A stretch of 61,569 bases of DNA, counting the filler, from Anaerolineae bacterium (lineage in GTDB: Bacteria > Chloroflexota > Anaerolineae > Epilineales > Epilineaceae), in assembly GCA_029262755.1 (NCBI GenBank). It is 8 parts of 8 records of this genome, joined end to end, with 100 filler letters (N's around TTAATTAATTAA, not from the genome) between each part and the next. Parts side by side here need not be neighbours in the genome. Positions count along the whole stretch, not along the records: positions 21,628 to 28,948 come from JAJCYU010000036.1; positions 29,049 to 36,729 come from JAJCYU010000037.1; 6 more parts are not named here. One strand, 5' to 3'. This document shows positions 21,528 to 31,140 of the stretch, in pieces. Each line of letters starts with the position of its first letter. The stretch's first letter is position 1. Position numbers and translations under genes: made by a program. A model generated the notes under the pieces. That model was not told the DNA's origin. It worked only from the letters and a program-made list of their open reading frames with translations, and ran no database searches.

Positions 21528-21627
21528 NNNNNNNNNNNNNNNNNNNNNNNNNNNNNNNNNNNNNNNNNNNNTTAATTAATTAANNNNNNNNNNNNNNNNN
21601 NNNNNNNNNNNNNNNNNNNNNNNNNNN
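21528..21627. other. Artificial contig linker
   Basis: N44-TTAATTAATTAA-N44. Confidence 0.97.
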
Positions 21628-22783
21628 GCGCGAGCAATTCGGCGACCTTGTGGACCGCTACGGTCCCTTTCTCATGCACGGGGATCCGCCGGCCGATGCC
21701 CTCGTGGCCGCCTTCGCCCAACTGCCGCCCGGCCGCGGCCGCAAGCTCCTCACGCAGGCGTTGGAGCACGGGGTCGATAGCGTCCGCCGTCCTCCGCCCG
21801 CGCTAGAGGCTTTCTTCCGCGAGGTGGAGGACGTGCCCGTGTGGGTCGATTGGCCGCAGCTCGAGCGGGGCGGCGAGGTTGTGCTGCGCGCGGGTCCTGT
21901 GGCGTTGCTCGTGCTGGAGACGCTGGCGCTGCCGCTCTCCTATGCCTCGGCCAGCGGGAACAAGCCGCTGGCCTTCTCGGGGAGGCTCGTGCAGCGGGCG
22001 TATCGGCGGCTGTCGGAGACCGTGCGCTTTGTGGTCGAGACCTGCCGTCCCGAAGGGCTCCAACGCGGGGCGGACGGGTACAACATCACGCTCCGCGTGC
22101 GCCTGATGCACGCGCAGGTCCGGCGGCTGCTCCTGCGTAGTGAGCGATGGGACATGGCGCAGTGGGGCATGCCCATCAACCAGGCGGACATGGCGGCCAC
22201 CAACATCTTGTTCTCCGCGTCCTTGATCCAGGGCATGCGCCGGATGGGCATGCGTCTCTCCGACCAAGAGGTCGAGGACGTCATCGCGCTGTGGCGCTAC
22301 GCGGGCACATTGATGGGCGTCGATCACCGGCTGTGCGTCACGACGCTGGCGGAAGGCCGGCGCATGGGCGCGGTCGTGCTGGCCACGCTCGAGCCCCCGG
22401 ACGCGGACTCGTGCGCCCTCGTCGAGGCGCTCATGGAGGTGCCGCACCACGCGGCTTCGAACGCGAGTGAGAAAGCCGTAGCACGTTGGTATGTCCCGCT
22501 TTCTTACGCCGTGTCTCGTTGGCTGATCGGCGACACGTTGGCGGACCAACTCGCCTACCCGCGTTCCCGCTGGTCCTACGCCGTGCCGCCCGTTCGAGCC
22601 GGGCTGTGGGCGTGGTCAACCGGTCGGCGTGCAATTCCCTTCCGCCACCGGCTCACCCGCACGGCGAGCACGCGCTTCTGGGACGAGATGACCGCCGACG
22701 GCCACGCCAGCCTCGCCACCGCGTTCCGCCTCCCGAACCGTCTGGACCGACTCCACCGTGGAGGTCACGATGACACCCCCTAG
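21628..22783 (+). CDS. Oxygenase MpaB/Lcp (DUF2236) family heme protein (5'-truncated)
   Basis: GDPPAD, VPVWVDW, RRLSET, RVRLMHAQVR (heme-ligand His motif), WGMPINQADM, LWRYAGTLMGV. Confidence 0.85.
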
Positions 22784-24284
22784 GCTCGAATTCCTCACCG
22801 CGGAGGACCTGGCGCTGCTGGAGCGCGACGCACGGTCGCGAACCTATGCCCAAGGCGAGGTGGTGATCGCCGAGGGCGTCGTGCCCGACGCGCTCTTCCT
22901 GATCCGGGACGGCACGGTCTACGTGCAGCACGAAGGCGTGACCGTGGCCTGCCGGGGCCCGGGCGAGATCCTCGGTGAGATCTCCTTCCTGGAGCAACGC
23001 GGAGCCAGCGCATCGGCCGTGGCGGCGGGCGAGGCGCGCATCGACCGGCTCGACGTCGCGACGCTGCGTAGCCGTCTGTCCGCGCACCCGGACTTCGCCG
23101 CCCGCTTCTACCGCTCCCTGGCCGTCCGGCTGTCCGAACGCCTGCGCGAGACGTCGCACATGCTCTCCCGCCTGCGGGGCGATCTCCAAAGCGGCCGGCT
23201 GCACGCTCACCGTGCGTCGGCCGGCCAGCTCACCGCCCCGCTGATCGCTCCCGAACTTGCCGAAGCCATGTCCTCCATCCGCCGCGATGTGCGCGGCGCG
23301 GAGGCCGCGCTGCAGGCGCGTAGCCTCAGCGCGTCCGCGGCGCAGGAAGCGATCAACGCGGCCTGCGAGAGCATCGTGGCCGAGCTGGTCGAACACACGG
23401 GCGACGCCGACCTGCTCGAGCTCGGCTACCGAGACCTGCTGGCCTTCCGCGATCCCGAGCACTTGCGCGAGGGCGTCGGCGGCTACGTGTTCCGCGAGAG
23501 CTTCGCGCTGCTCATGCGCAGCACCACGCTGGCCCGCTGCTACGCCAAACCCGCCGGCGTACCGGAAGACCACGAGACCATGCAGGCCATCTACGACGCC
23601 GACCCCTTGGGCGACGGAGCCATCGGTCCGCTCGTCGACCGATGGTTCCTCGATCGGCCTTTTTGCCGCATGCGCCGCGGCGTACGGCAGGTCATGGCGG
23701 AGCGTCTCTCCACGCTCGTCGCCGCGCACGAGCAGTCGGTCCACCTTTGCGATCTGGCCAGCGGCACGGCCCGCGTGCTCTTCGACGTCCTGGCGACGGA
23801 GCCCGGGACGCGCATCCACGCCACGTGCATCGACGTGGACCCCGACGCGCTGCGTCTGTCGGCATCGGAAGCCGCCGCGGCGTCGGACCTGACGATCGCC
23901 GGCCGGATGGCCTTCATAAACGCCGACGTCGCTACCCTACGCGCAAGCTCCAACATACAGCTCGCGCCCCAGCACATGATCTACGGCGTTGGCCTGCTCG
24001 AGTACTTTAGCGACGAGGACGTCGTCGACCTCCTCGACTGGTGCCATGACCATCTGGCCCCCGGCGGTACGGCGCTGTTCAGCCAACTATCGTCGACCAA
24101 TCCCGACCTTCCGCTGCTGGTGCACATCGTCCAGTGGCGCCTGCACCCGCGCGACGAAGCGGCGCTCGCAGCACTGTGTGCACGGTCGGCGTTTGGAAGC
24201 ACGGCGGAGATTGCCACCGTGGAGGACGGCAACGCGTTGCTCATGGCCATTGAAGTCGCCGATACTGGCTTGACGAAGCCCTAA
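22770..24284 (+). CDS. Cyclic-nucleotide-binding domain fused to a class I SAM methyltransferase (PhcB-like)
   Basis: N-terminal CNB domain (GEVVIAEG...LFLIRDG...GEILGEISFL); C-terminal RCYAKPAG...IYD...GPLVD, DLASGTAR, IDVD, GLLEYFSD, HLAPGG; GGAGG RBS; overlaps the upstream gene. Confidence 0.75.
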   Translation: MTPPRLEFLTAEDLALLERDARSRTYAQGEVVIAEGVVPDALFLIRDGTVYVQHEGVTVACRGPGEILGEISFLEQRGASASAVAAGEARIDRLDVATLRSRLSAHPDFAARFYRSLAVRLSERLRETSHMLSRLRGDLQSGRLHAHRASAGQLTAPLIAPELAEAMSSIRRDVRGAEAALQARSLSASAAQEAINAACESIVAELVEHTGDADLLELGYRDLLAFRDPEHLREGVGGYVFRESFALLMRSTTLARCYAKPAGVPEDHETMQAIYDADPLGDGAIGPLVDRWFLDRPFCRMRRGVRQVMAERLSTLVAAHEQSVHLCDLASGTARVLFDVLATEPGTRIHATCIDVDPDALRLSASEAAAASDLTIAGRMAFINADVATLRASSNIQLAPQHMIYGVGLLEYFSDEDVVDLLDWCHDHLAPGGTALFSQLSSTNPDLPLLVHIVQWRLHPRDEAALAALCARSAFGSTAEIATVEDGNALLMAIEVADTGLTKP

Positions 24285-24302
24285 ACCGCGGCGACAAGTG
24301 TC

Positions 24303-24947
24303 TCAACCCGACGGCGGCACGTACCGCCCCCGCGCGTCGAGGTAGCTCATCCATAGGATCCTGGCCGCGACCGAACGCCAAGGCGTCCACGTGCCCGCGA
24401 TGCGCAGCTGCTCATCCTTCGTCGGCAGCGCGTCGAGGCCTTTGAGGTCCCGCAGCGCGGCCGCCAACGCAAGATCGCCCGGGGGCCAGACGTCCGGTCG
24501 TCGAAGCGCCATGAGGTAGTAAACGTCCACGCTCCATGGTCCGAGTCCGGGAACCTCGAGCAACATCGAGCGCCCGACCTCGTCCGGAGCGGCCGCGACC
24601 GCGGCGAGGTCGAGGCGTCCGTCCAGCACGCGCGTGGCCAGACCGTGGCAGTAGCCCGCCTTCTGCCGGGTGAGCCCATGTTCGCGCAGTCCAACCGGTC
24701 CGGCCTTAAGGACGGCCTCGGGTGTCATCCCTCCCAGCTCCCGGCTCACCCGCCGGTACAAGGTTTGCGCCGCGGCGAGCGACACCTGTTGCTCCAGGAT
24801 GATCTGCACGAGGGTCGCAAAGCCGGGCTCCCGCGCCCACATCGGCGGTACGCCGAGGCGATCGACGATCGCGCCGAGGTCTGCGTCGATCGCCGCCAAC
24901 CACCCGACCGCCTCTCGGAGCGATGAAGGGGTGAGGGAATCGCTCAC
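24303..24947 (-). CDS. DNA-3-methyladenine glycosylase II (AlkA-like, HhH-GPD)
   Basis: IILEQQVS, GLTRQK, HhH VPGLGPWS, RPDVWPPGD, WTPWRSVAARILW. Confidence 0.88.
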   Translation of the reverse strand: MSDSLTPSSLREAVGWLAAIDADLGAIVDRLGVPPMWAREPGFATLVQIILEQQVSLAAAQTLYRRVSRELGGMTPEAVLKAGPVGLREHGLTRQKAGYCHGLATRVLDGRLDLAAVAAAPDEVGRSMLLEVPGLGPWSVDVYYLMALRRPDVWPPGDLALAAALRDLKGLDALPTKDEQLRIAGTWTPWRSVAARILWMSYLDARGRYVPPSG

Positions 24948-25540
24948 CCGCTTCGCTCACGTAGCAGCGCACCGACCCGCAGCCGTAGCGCGGGCAGAAG
25001 CTCCGCCTCGAACCATGGATTGCGGCGCAACCAGAGGTTGTTGCGCGGGCTTGGGTGCGGCAACGGAAGCGTGTTCGGCCACCGCGTACGCCACGACCGC
25101 ACCGTCGCGGTTACGGTCGAGTGCGCGGCTCCAAAGTAATGTGCTTGCGCATACTGCCCGATCACGAGCGTCAGCTCCACGTGATCCAACTGGGCGATCA
25201 GCTGCTCACGCCACGCGGGAGCACACTCCGGCCGCGGCGGAAGGTCGCCCGACGTACCCGTGCCGGGGAAGCAGAAGCCCATCGGCAGGATCGCGAACCG
25301 TTTGGGATCGTAGAATTCCTCGCGCGTCACGCCCAGCCATGCTCGCAGCCGCTGTCCGCTCGCGTCGTCGAAGGGAACGCCCGACGCGTGAACCTTGCGC
25401 CCGGGTGCTTGCCCCGCGATCAAGATGCGCGACCCGGGATGCGCTTGCACGACCGGCCGTGGACCGAGCGGCAAGTCGCTGCAGATCGCGCAAGCCCGAA
25501 CGTCGGCAAGCAGGGCATCGAACGAATTCATGGCGCCCAT
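24944..25540 (-). CDS. Uracil-DNA glycosylase superfamily protein
   Basis: CAIC, ILIAGQAPG, PFDDASG, MGFCFPG, LPHPSPRN; GTGA coupling to the AlkA-like gene. Confidence 0.88.
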   Translation of the reverse strand: MGAMNSFDALLADVRACAICSDLPLGPRPVVQAHPGSRILIAGQAPGRKVHASGVPFDDASGQRLRAWLGVTREEFYDPKRFAILPMGFCFPGTGTSGDLPPRPECAPAWREQLIAQLDHVELTLVIGQYAQAHYFGAAHSTVTATVRSWRTRWPNTLPLPHPSPRNNLWLRRNPWFEAELLPALRLRVGALLRERSG

Positions 25541-25636
25541 GATCTAGGCATTCGGCAAGGCATGGCAAACACAATGCTCCACGAGTCGCCTCGCAGCCGA
25601 CGACCGAAGCCTCTTCCAGAAGAAACTCACCGCCGG

Positions 25637-25708
25637 CCGGTCGCCACAGGTCGCCGCTGCATCCGCCGGTCGCCCCAGGTCGCCCCGGTCGCCCCAGGTC
25701 GCCGCTGC
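25637..25708. repeat. Intergenic array of GGTCGCC heptamers
   Basis: GGTCGCC at 25639, 25649, 25668, 25678, 25687 and 25697 (spacing 10, 19, 10, 9, 10). Confidence 0.75.
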
Positions 25709-25746
25709 GCCCCGGCGCATATTGCCGCAAGTCGCCGTGACCCCAC

Positions 25747-27213
25747 CTACGACGGCTCGCGTGCCTCCGCATCCTCCGCGACCTCGCGGATCATGCCGCG
25801 GAAGATGAGCGCGTGCACGGGGTAGAGGCCGTACCAGTAGAGCAAACCGGCCAGGCCGTGCGGGGCGAAGAATGCCGTCTGCACGAGCCGCGTGCGTCCG
25901 GATGCGTCCGGGTCCTCCTCCGCGTCGAACTGGAGCCAGGCGCGGCCGGGCACCTTCATCTCCGCACGTAGCCGCAGCATCGCGTTGTCTTCGATCGCCT
26001 CGACGCGCCAGAAGTCGAGCGAGTCGCCGACGCGGAGGCGTTCCTCATGGCGACGGCCGCGGCGGAAGCCCGCCCCGCCGACCATGCGGTCCACGATGCC
26101 GCGCACGCGCCACGCCCAGTTGGCGTACCAACCTTGCCGTCCGCCGAGGCTGCTGAAAGCGTGAAAGACCTCCGCGGGCGCCGCCGCGACGAGCCGCTGC
26201 CGTCGCTCGATGATCATGCCGCGGTCCGACGCGAGCTCCACCGACGGCGTGTCGTGCCGGTTCGACGCGAGCGCGTCGCTCCACGCGGTCTCGACCTGGC
26301 CCGCGTCCAGCGACGCGAGCGCCGCCCGCACGGCCTCGCGGTAGCTCAGCAGCTCGATGTCCGGGAACATCCCCGTTGCGCGATCGTCACGCACGATCAC
26401 CTCGTTGCGCAGGCCCACGATCAGCGGCCGGGCGATGCGCGAGGGGATCGGGGTCACCCAATGCACCCAGTATCCGGAGAGTTTCGGGGTCAGCACCGGC
26501 ACCGGCTGCAGCCTGCGCTTCAGACCACGCTCTGCGGCGTAGCCGAGCATCATCTCCGCGTAGGTCAGCACGTCACGCCCGCCGATCTCGATGATCTCGC
26601 CGGCACTCTCCGGGCTCTCGAGGACGGCCGTCAGGTAGTCGAGCGCGTTGCTCACGCCGATGGGTTGCACGTTCGTGTAGACCCAGCTCGGGCAGATCAT
26701 GATCGGCAACCGCTCGGTCAAGTGACGGATCATCTCGAAGGACACGCTGCCCGAACCCACGATGATCGCAGCCCGCAACTCCGTGACGGGCACACCCGAC
26801 TCGCGCAGATAATCGCCGGTCTCATGTCGCGACCGTAGATGCGGCGACAAGTCGGCCTCCGGGTTGCCGAGCCCGCCCAAGTACACAATGCGCTGCACGC
26901 CCTGCTCCCGGGCCGAGTCGCCGAAGCTGCGTGCCGCCGTCCGGTCACGCTCGTGGAAGTCGTCGCCGCCCTGCATGCTGTGGATCAGATAGTACGCGGC
27001 GTCGATCCCCTCCAACGCCGCAAGAAGCGTGGGCGGCTCGAAGGCGTCGCCGCGCACGACCTCGACCGCGTCGAGCCAGTCCCGCCCTTGCAGGCGCGCC
27101 GGATCGCGCACCATGACGCGCACGCGATAGCCCTCCGCCAGGAGGCGCGGAACGAGGCGACCGCCGATGTAGCCGGTGGCGCCGGTGACCAGTACATGGT
27201 TGAGGGAGGGCAT
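25747..27213 (-). CDS. Atypical SDR/NAD(P)-binding oxidoreductase with C-terminal DUF2867 (YbjT-like)
   Basis: VLVTGATGYIGG, YYLIHSM, HLRSR, SGSVSFE, DFWRVE, LRAEMKVPGRAWL, GLLYWY; AAGGAG RBS before ATG 27213. Confidence 0.9.
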   Translation of the reverse strand: MPSLNHVLVTGATGYIGGRLVPRLLAEGYRVRVMVRDPARLQGRDWLDAVEVVRGDAFEPPTLLAALEGIDAAYYLIHSMQGGDDFHERDRTAARSFGDSAREQGVQRIVYLGGLGNPEADLSPHLRSRHETGDYLRESGVPVTELRAAIIVGSGSVSFEMIRHLTERLPIMICPSWVYTNVQPIGVSNALDYLTAVLESPESAGEIIEIGGRDVLTYAEMMLGYAAERGLKRRLQPVPVLTPKLSGYWVHWVTPIPSRIARPLIVGLRNEVIVRDDRATGMFPDIELLSYREAVRAALASLDAGQVETAWSDALASNRHDTPSVELASDRGMIIERRQRLVAAAPAEVFHAFSSLGGRQGWYANWAWRVRGIVDRMVGGAGFRRGRRHEERLRVGDSLDFWRVEAIEDNAMLRLRAEMKVPGRAWLQFDAEEDPDASGRTRLVQTAFFAPHGLAGLLYWYGLYPVHALIFRGMIREVAEDAEAREPS

Positions 27214-27604
27214 GGGGGCTCCTTGCAGCCGTTGGGTTACGCGAGGTAACGCGGGACCGAACGGATAGGCGACGGGTTTGGGCGGGGTCTGGGCAATGGC
27301 ACGGGGCTGGGGAACGGGACAAGGACCGGTTTGTCGAACACGTCCTACGGGACTCCCGTGGCCGATGATCTTACGCCGTCGTGCGAATCGGCGGCGCCGA
27401 GTGGCCGGCGGACGCCAAGATCGTCCCGGGCTATGAGACGGGAGGCTCGGCACCGATTCGTGGGCATCGCGCGCAAAGCATCCACGCGGAATTCCAAAAT
27501 CCAACGGCATCACCCACCCGCTCTCACGGTATACTATCGGCGGCGTCCGACGCGTTGCGCGTGGGGCGCCTTCGCGGGACTGATCCCGCTCTGAGCCGGC
27601 CGCC

Positions 27605-28159
27605 ATGTCCGATATCTCGTCCGTCGAGACCCAGTTGCGCAGCACGTTGGACCGGGTCGACGGGTGGCTGAAGTTCGCCGAAGCGAAGAATCTCGCCATC
27701 ATCGCGCTGAGCGGTTCCGCGACAGCCGCGCTCATCGGCTTTCTGCGTGGCAGCGATCTCGGCGTGATCACGGCCACCGTGATCACCGCGGCCGAGATCA
27801 GCTTCCTGCTCGGGCTCGCCACGGCGCTACTGGGCTTCATGCCGCGTACCGCCGTCCTCGACGTGCTGGCGCGTCGGCCGATGGACCCGGATCCCGACGC
27901 GGACAACCTGCTCTTCTACGGCGACCTGCAGAAATACGCACCGCAAGCCCTGGCCGAAACGATCGCGCGACGCTACGCCTCCAATGATGCCTATCGCGCC
28001 AGGGAACACCCCCTGCACCTCGACGTGGCGGCGCAGATCGTGGCCAACGCGCGCATCACCGTGCGCAAGCTGCGGGCCTTCACGATCGCGGCGCGCTTCG
28101 TATTGCTCGGCGTGATGCTGGTGATGGTCGGCCTTATCACGCGGCTCTTGCTGGGGTGA
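27605..28159 (+). CDS. Pycsar-type transmembrane effector (PycTM/DUF5706-like)
   Basis: 184 aa with 3 TM helices; WLKFAEAKN, NLLFYGD and QIVANARITVRK motifs match this family as I recall it. Confidence 0.8.
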   Translation: MSDISSVETQLRSTLDRVDGWLKFAEAKNLAIIALSGSATAALIGFLRGSDLGVITATVITAAEISFLLGLATALLGFMPRTAVLDVLARRPMDPDPDADNLLFYGDLQKYAPQALAETIARRYASNDAYRAREHPLHLDVAAQIVANARITVRKLRAFTIAARFVLLGVMLVMVGLITRLLLG

Positions 28160-28948
28160 GCGAGGACCGCGCGCTGCCGCGCGGCACCGTCGCGTTCCTC
28201 TTCACCGACATTGAGGGCAGCACCGCGCTATGGGAACGCGATCGCGCAGGCATGGAATGCGCCGTCGCCCGCCACTTGGAGTTGCTCAAGGCGGCGGTCG
28301 TGGCACACGGCGGCTATCCCTTCAAGGTGGTCGGCGACGCCGTGCAAGCGGCCTTCGACACCGCGCCCGCCGCCATCGCCGCCGCCGCGGACGCCCAGCG
28401 CGCGTTGGCGGCGGAGCCGTGGACGGAGCTGGGTGGTCGGCCGCTTCGGGTGCGCATGGCGGTGCACGTCGGCCAGGCGGAGCCCGCGGATGGCGACTAC
28501 CTTGCGCCGAGCCTCAACCGGCTGGCCCGGCTGCTCGCAGCGGGACATGGGGGCCAGGTCCTCGTCAGCCACGCCGCGGGCTCGCTCGCGGAAGGCCGAC
28601 TTCCCGAGGGCGCTGTGCTGGTCGACCTCGGCGTGCATCGCTTGCGCGACCTGCTTGCGCCCGAGCGTATCCACCAGCTGCGTGCGCCCGGTCTCGAGCA
28701 CGACTTTGCCCCGCTGCGGACCCTGGACGCGCGAAGCCATAACCTGCCCATCGCGCCGACGCCGCTCGTGGATCGCGTGGTGGAGCTTGCGGACGCGACG
28801 GACATGCTGCGGGCCGGGACCGCCCGCTGGCTGACCCTGAGCGGCCCCGGGGGCGTGGGCAAGTCACGTCTTGCACTACAAATCGCCGCCGACCTCATCG
28901 ACCGCTTCGCCGACGGCGTGGTGCTCGTGCCCCTCGATGCGGTACGCG
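28156..28948 (+). CDS. Class III nucleotide cyclase fused to a STAND/NB-ARC-type ATPase (3'-truncated)
   Basis: FLFTDIEGST, KVVGD, RVRMAVHVG, DY...NRLAR, GGQVLVS, then NLP...LVDR and Walker A GPGGVGKS. GTG start overlaps the effector stop (GTGA). Confidence 0.9.
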
Positions 28949-29048
28949 NNNNNNNNNNNNNNNNNNNNNNNNNNNNNNNNNNNNNNNNNNNNTTAATTAA
29001 TTAANNNNNNNNNNNNNNNNNNNNNNNNNNNNNNNNNNNNNNNNNNNN
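28949..29048. other. Artificial contig linker
   Basis: N44-TTAATTAATTAA-N44. Confidence 0.97.
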
Positions 29049-29888
29049 CGTCGACACGCCGATCGAGGCGATGAACATGAAGAGCAGCTGGCCGCCAATG
29101 CCTTCGTACGCTGCTCGGAAGGTCGGTAGTGCGCCTACAACCGAGATCAGGATCACGGCGATCGCTTGGATAATGCGCGTCTGGCCCGCGATGACGGTCA
29201 TGTTGACCTCGGACTGGTCACGCAATTCCTTGGCCTTGCGAATACGTAACTGCAGGCCGTTGAGCGCTTCCATGATGTCTTCGTGCTTGGCATCCTCGCC
29301 GCGCTGGAGGATGTAGATGAACTGCTCCATGTACGGATCGTCCACACGCTCGCGCAACTCGCTAAAGGCACGCGAAGGCAACGAAGTGATGTAGAAGGTC
29401 GTCACGGCATGGGACACCGCGGCACCGACGGGAGGCTCGATCTTCCGATTGGCCTCCTCCAATGCGTTGAAGACGGTCGGCCGGATCCGGAACACGCTCT
29501 TGAACTGCGTCACCAGATTGGCCACCTGCTCCGAAACGACGCTCTTGCGGCTCATCAGCTCCTTGCGCGACTGACGCCACGCCCAATAGAGACCGACGAT
29601 CAACAAGTATATCGCTACGATCACCGCACGCTTGACCTCGTAGATCGGCTCGATGCCTTCGATCGTCTCGTTGACCTGACGCTGAACGCCTCGGCCGTAC
29701 AAGATGGTGAGCATGATCGTGATCCCGATGATCATGTAGACTCGCCAGTCATAGCTGATATGGGACGAGGCGCCGGTTTCCTTGTCTTCGCGCCGCATCC
29801 GCTTGCGCCTGCGATACTGCAACGCGTCGAAGACGAGGTAGCCAAGAAGGCCACCACCCCCGACCAGCATGATCATCGGTCCGTTCAT
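29049..29888 (-). CDS. TadB-like (T2SS-F family) pilus assembly membrane protein (3'-truncated)
   Basis: N-terminal TM helices, cytoplasmic helical domain and further TM helices; lies directly downstream of the CpaF ATPase. Confidence 0.7.
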
Positions 29889-29931
29889 CGTCGTCCCTCG
29901 CTGCGGCTTGGGCATTCCATGCGATGGCGGA

Positions 29932-31140
29932 TCACAGCTCCCGCCAACGGCGCGGCTCTCGCAACGGCGTCCACGTCTTGCGTCGTGGATCCCAATCCTT
30001 GATCGTTTCGTAGTTGTACTCAACGCCCTCTGCCGTCCGCGTGACACCGCTGACGGCGACCATCTCACGCATATAGCGCATGTAGCGCTGCGTGTCGGGG
30101 TCATAACCCTTGTGGATATGCACGGCCAGACCCAAACCCGAGCCGATGATCTCGCGCCGCTCGTTGAGCGGAATACCCGATGCGCGCGAAAGCGTCTCGA
30201 TACGCGTCATGGCGAGGATGGCCGAGTGAGCGTGGGTGGTGGTGAAAGCCGTGATTCCCAAGTTGAGACCCATGATGAACTCGATGGCCTCTTCCGAGAC
30301 CGTCTCACCAATGATCATCACATCGGGCCGCATCCGAAGGAAGACGACGTTGACGACACGTCCCACCGCGCCGTGACCCTCTTCCACAACCAGGTGGTTG
30401 AAGTGCGGCAACTGCGGCTGCACTTCCTGGAAGGTCTCGACGAGCGAGAGCTGGCAGTGCTTGGGAAGGTACTGGGTAAAGGCGTTGAGGATCGTCGTCT
30501 TGCCGGCGCCGGGGCGACCGGAGAAGATGCACGACTTGTCCATCGCGCGGGACAGATCCTTCAAGAACTCCGCCGCTTCCGCGTCGATGGCCTTGTAATC
30601 AATCAGGTCTTCGAAGGTCAGCTTCTTCCGGCTGAACCGCCGGATGTTGATAGCAGTGCCTTCACGCGAGAGCGGCGGGATAGCGGCCGTGAAGCGACTA
30701 CCGTCCGGCAGACCGAGCTTGATCTGCGGGTCCTCCGCACTCAATTCCTTGCCCTCGAGGTCAGCGATACGCCGGGTCATGCGGAAGAAGAACTCATCCT
30801 GCGCGAGCTCGCCCACATCGTGAATCTGACCGGAGCGCTCGACCTGGACGAAGCCCTTGCGGACGATGATCTCTTCCACGCCCTCTTGCTCGAGGTAGGG
30901 CTGCAGTACGCCGAGACCGGTGATCCGCTTGGCGACCTCGCGAGCGACCGCTTGACGGTCCTCCTCGGCAATCTCGAGGCCGAGTTCCTTCATCGCCCGC
31001 AGAACGTTGGCGTGAAACGCCAACTCTTCTTCGGGATTCGAGACGCGGCGCCAGCGCGGAACCGGGATCTCGCGACGAACGCAATAATCCTGGACGCGCT
31101 TGACTACGTCGTTGTAGTCGTAGCGAGTGATCGTGCTCAT
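29932..31140 (-). CDS. cpaF: CpaF/TadA pilus assembly ATPase
   Basis: GLGVLQPYL, LPDGSR, INIRRF, Walker A GRPGAGKTT, RMRPDVMIIGE, His box TTTHAHS. Confidence 0.88.
   Translation of the reverse strand: MSTITRYDYNDVVKRVQDYCVRREIPVPRWRRVSNPEEELAFHANVLRAMKELGLEIAEEDRQAVAREVAKRITGLGVLQPYLEQEGVEEIIVRKGFVQVERSGQIHDVGELAQDEFFFRMTRRIADLEGKELSAEDPQIKLGLPDGSRFTAAIPPLSREGTAINIRRFSRKKLTFEDLIDYKAIDAEAAEFLKDLSRAMDKSCIFSGRPGAGKTTILNAFTQYLPKHCQLSLVETFQEVQPQLPHFNHLVVEEGHGAVGRVVNVVFLRMRPDVMIIGETVSEEAIEFIMGLNLGITAFTTTHAHSAILAMTRIETLSRASGIPLNERREIIGSGLGLAVHIHKGYDPDTQRYMRYMREMVAVSGVTRTAEGVEYNYETIKDWDPRRKTWTPLREPRRWREL

Noticed and set aside
25637..25736. GGTCGCC array as a CRISPR array
   Set aside because: The unit is only 7 bp with 2-12 nt gaps; there are no spacer-length unique sequences and no cas genes.
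27530..27535. TATACT as the -10 box for the effector-cyclase operon
   Set aside because: The position is plausible, but there is no matching -35 or extended -10, so it is too weak to list as a feature.
27214..27906. 5' extensions in the ORF track (25747..27906, 37349..38989, 46996..48159, 52547..54271, 58919..60412, 17595..18113)
   Set aside because: Family motifs, RBS positions and stop/start overlaps place the true starts downstream, and the extensions overlap other real genes.
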